A stretch of 64,000 nucleotides of DNA. Origin: Euprymna scolopes (lineage: Eukaryota). The stretch is from assembly GCA_053919585.1 (NCBI GenBank), contig CM132795.1. One strand, given 5' to 3'. Positions 63,404 to 64,000 of the stretch are shown in pieces; the first letter of the stretch is position 1, and each line of letters starts with the position of its first letter. The notes beneath the pieces were generated by a model. That model was given only the letters and a program-made list of their open reading frames with translations. It was not told the DNA's origin and did not search any database. The position numbers and the translations under genes were made by a program.

Positions 63404-64000
63404 GGCCAAGACAGCAGAGTTTTTCCCCCTTGACCGTGCATTTTTCGCTCTTACTTGCCGTCAGCTGTCAATCGCTTGTCATAACAATCTTGCCGGCTGA
63501 AAGAAAATAAACATGCACACAAAGATCAGACGTAACTCAGCATACCAATCAAGACGTAAGACACGCTTGCTTTTTATATAAAAATATATTTTGTGTTAGA
63601 AATATTTTTCTCATTCTGTACATAGAGATTTTTAACAGTTCACAATTTAACGGTGCGGCTTATCGTTCTGTTTCCGTGATGGAGAGGGGGGACGTTATGC
63701 TCTCGACAACGCACGTCTCATCTATCGGCGTCTCTCTCTCTCTCCTTTTTTCTTCTTCTCTCCTCTTCTTCTCTACTGCTGGATTCCAAAAATTACCTCT
63801 TTATATTAGCATGTGTTTTTGCTCGGTAATTTCCCACGCAACCTGTCGATCACTCTGTTATCGATAATGAATCACGCATTTCCTGGTCACGTTTCTCAGT
63901 TTTCGTTGTACACATACATTTCTGCATCTGACCCAGAGACATCGTAAGCCACTTCTCTTCAGCTGACCGACTATTGACTTTGTTTATACACGTGAGTCCA

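Noticed and set aside
1-64000. Species assignment (the repeat landscape is reminiscent of coleoid cephalopods)
   Set aside because: This is an impression only; there is no marker gene in the window and no search was possible.

Overview
AT-rich, microsatellite-rich eukaryotic (animal, invertebrate-looking) DNA with 15 short N-runs. I find no intact host protein-coding gene; most ORF-track entries are low-complexity or transposon noise. The window is mostly decayed mobile elements. DNA transposons: two mariner (DD34D-type) relics, two TRT-like Tc1 relics (DD37E spacing counted in one), one DD34E Tc1 with long inverted repeats, a PIF1-helicase Helitron relic, and several non-autonomous Helitron/Helentron-type elements and MITEs. 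Retroelements: two RTE LINE pieces, five CR1/Jockey-group LINE 3' ends, three R4/Dong-like fragments, two Penelope-like elements (PLEs; one near full length) and a 5S-rRNA-derived SINE. The most interesting layer is RNA structure. It includes minimal hammerhead-ribozyme motifs (best at 50154-50204, another in the PLE 3' region), a tRNA-like-head plus hammerhead-module composite flanked by inverted repeats (62454-62851), a decayed HDV-like ribozyme in the RTE 5' UTR (31051-31157, minus strand) and several near-perfect foldback hairpins. Unique, CpG-richer sequence at both window ends may be first exons or promoters of divergent host genes (low confidence). All calls were made by eye; no searches or folding programs were run, and boundaries of decayed elements are approximate.
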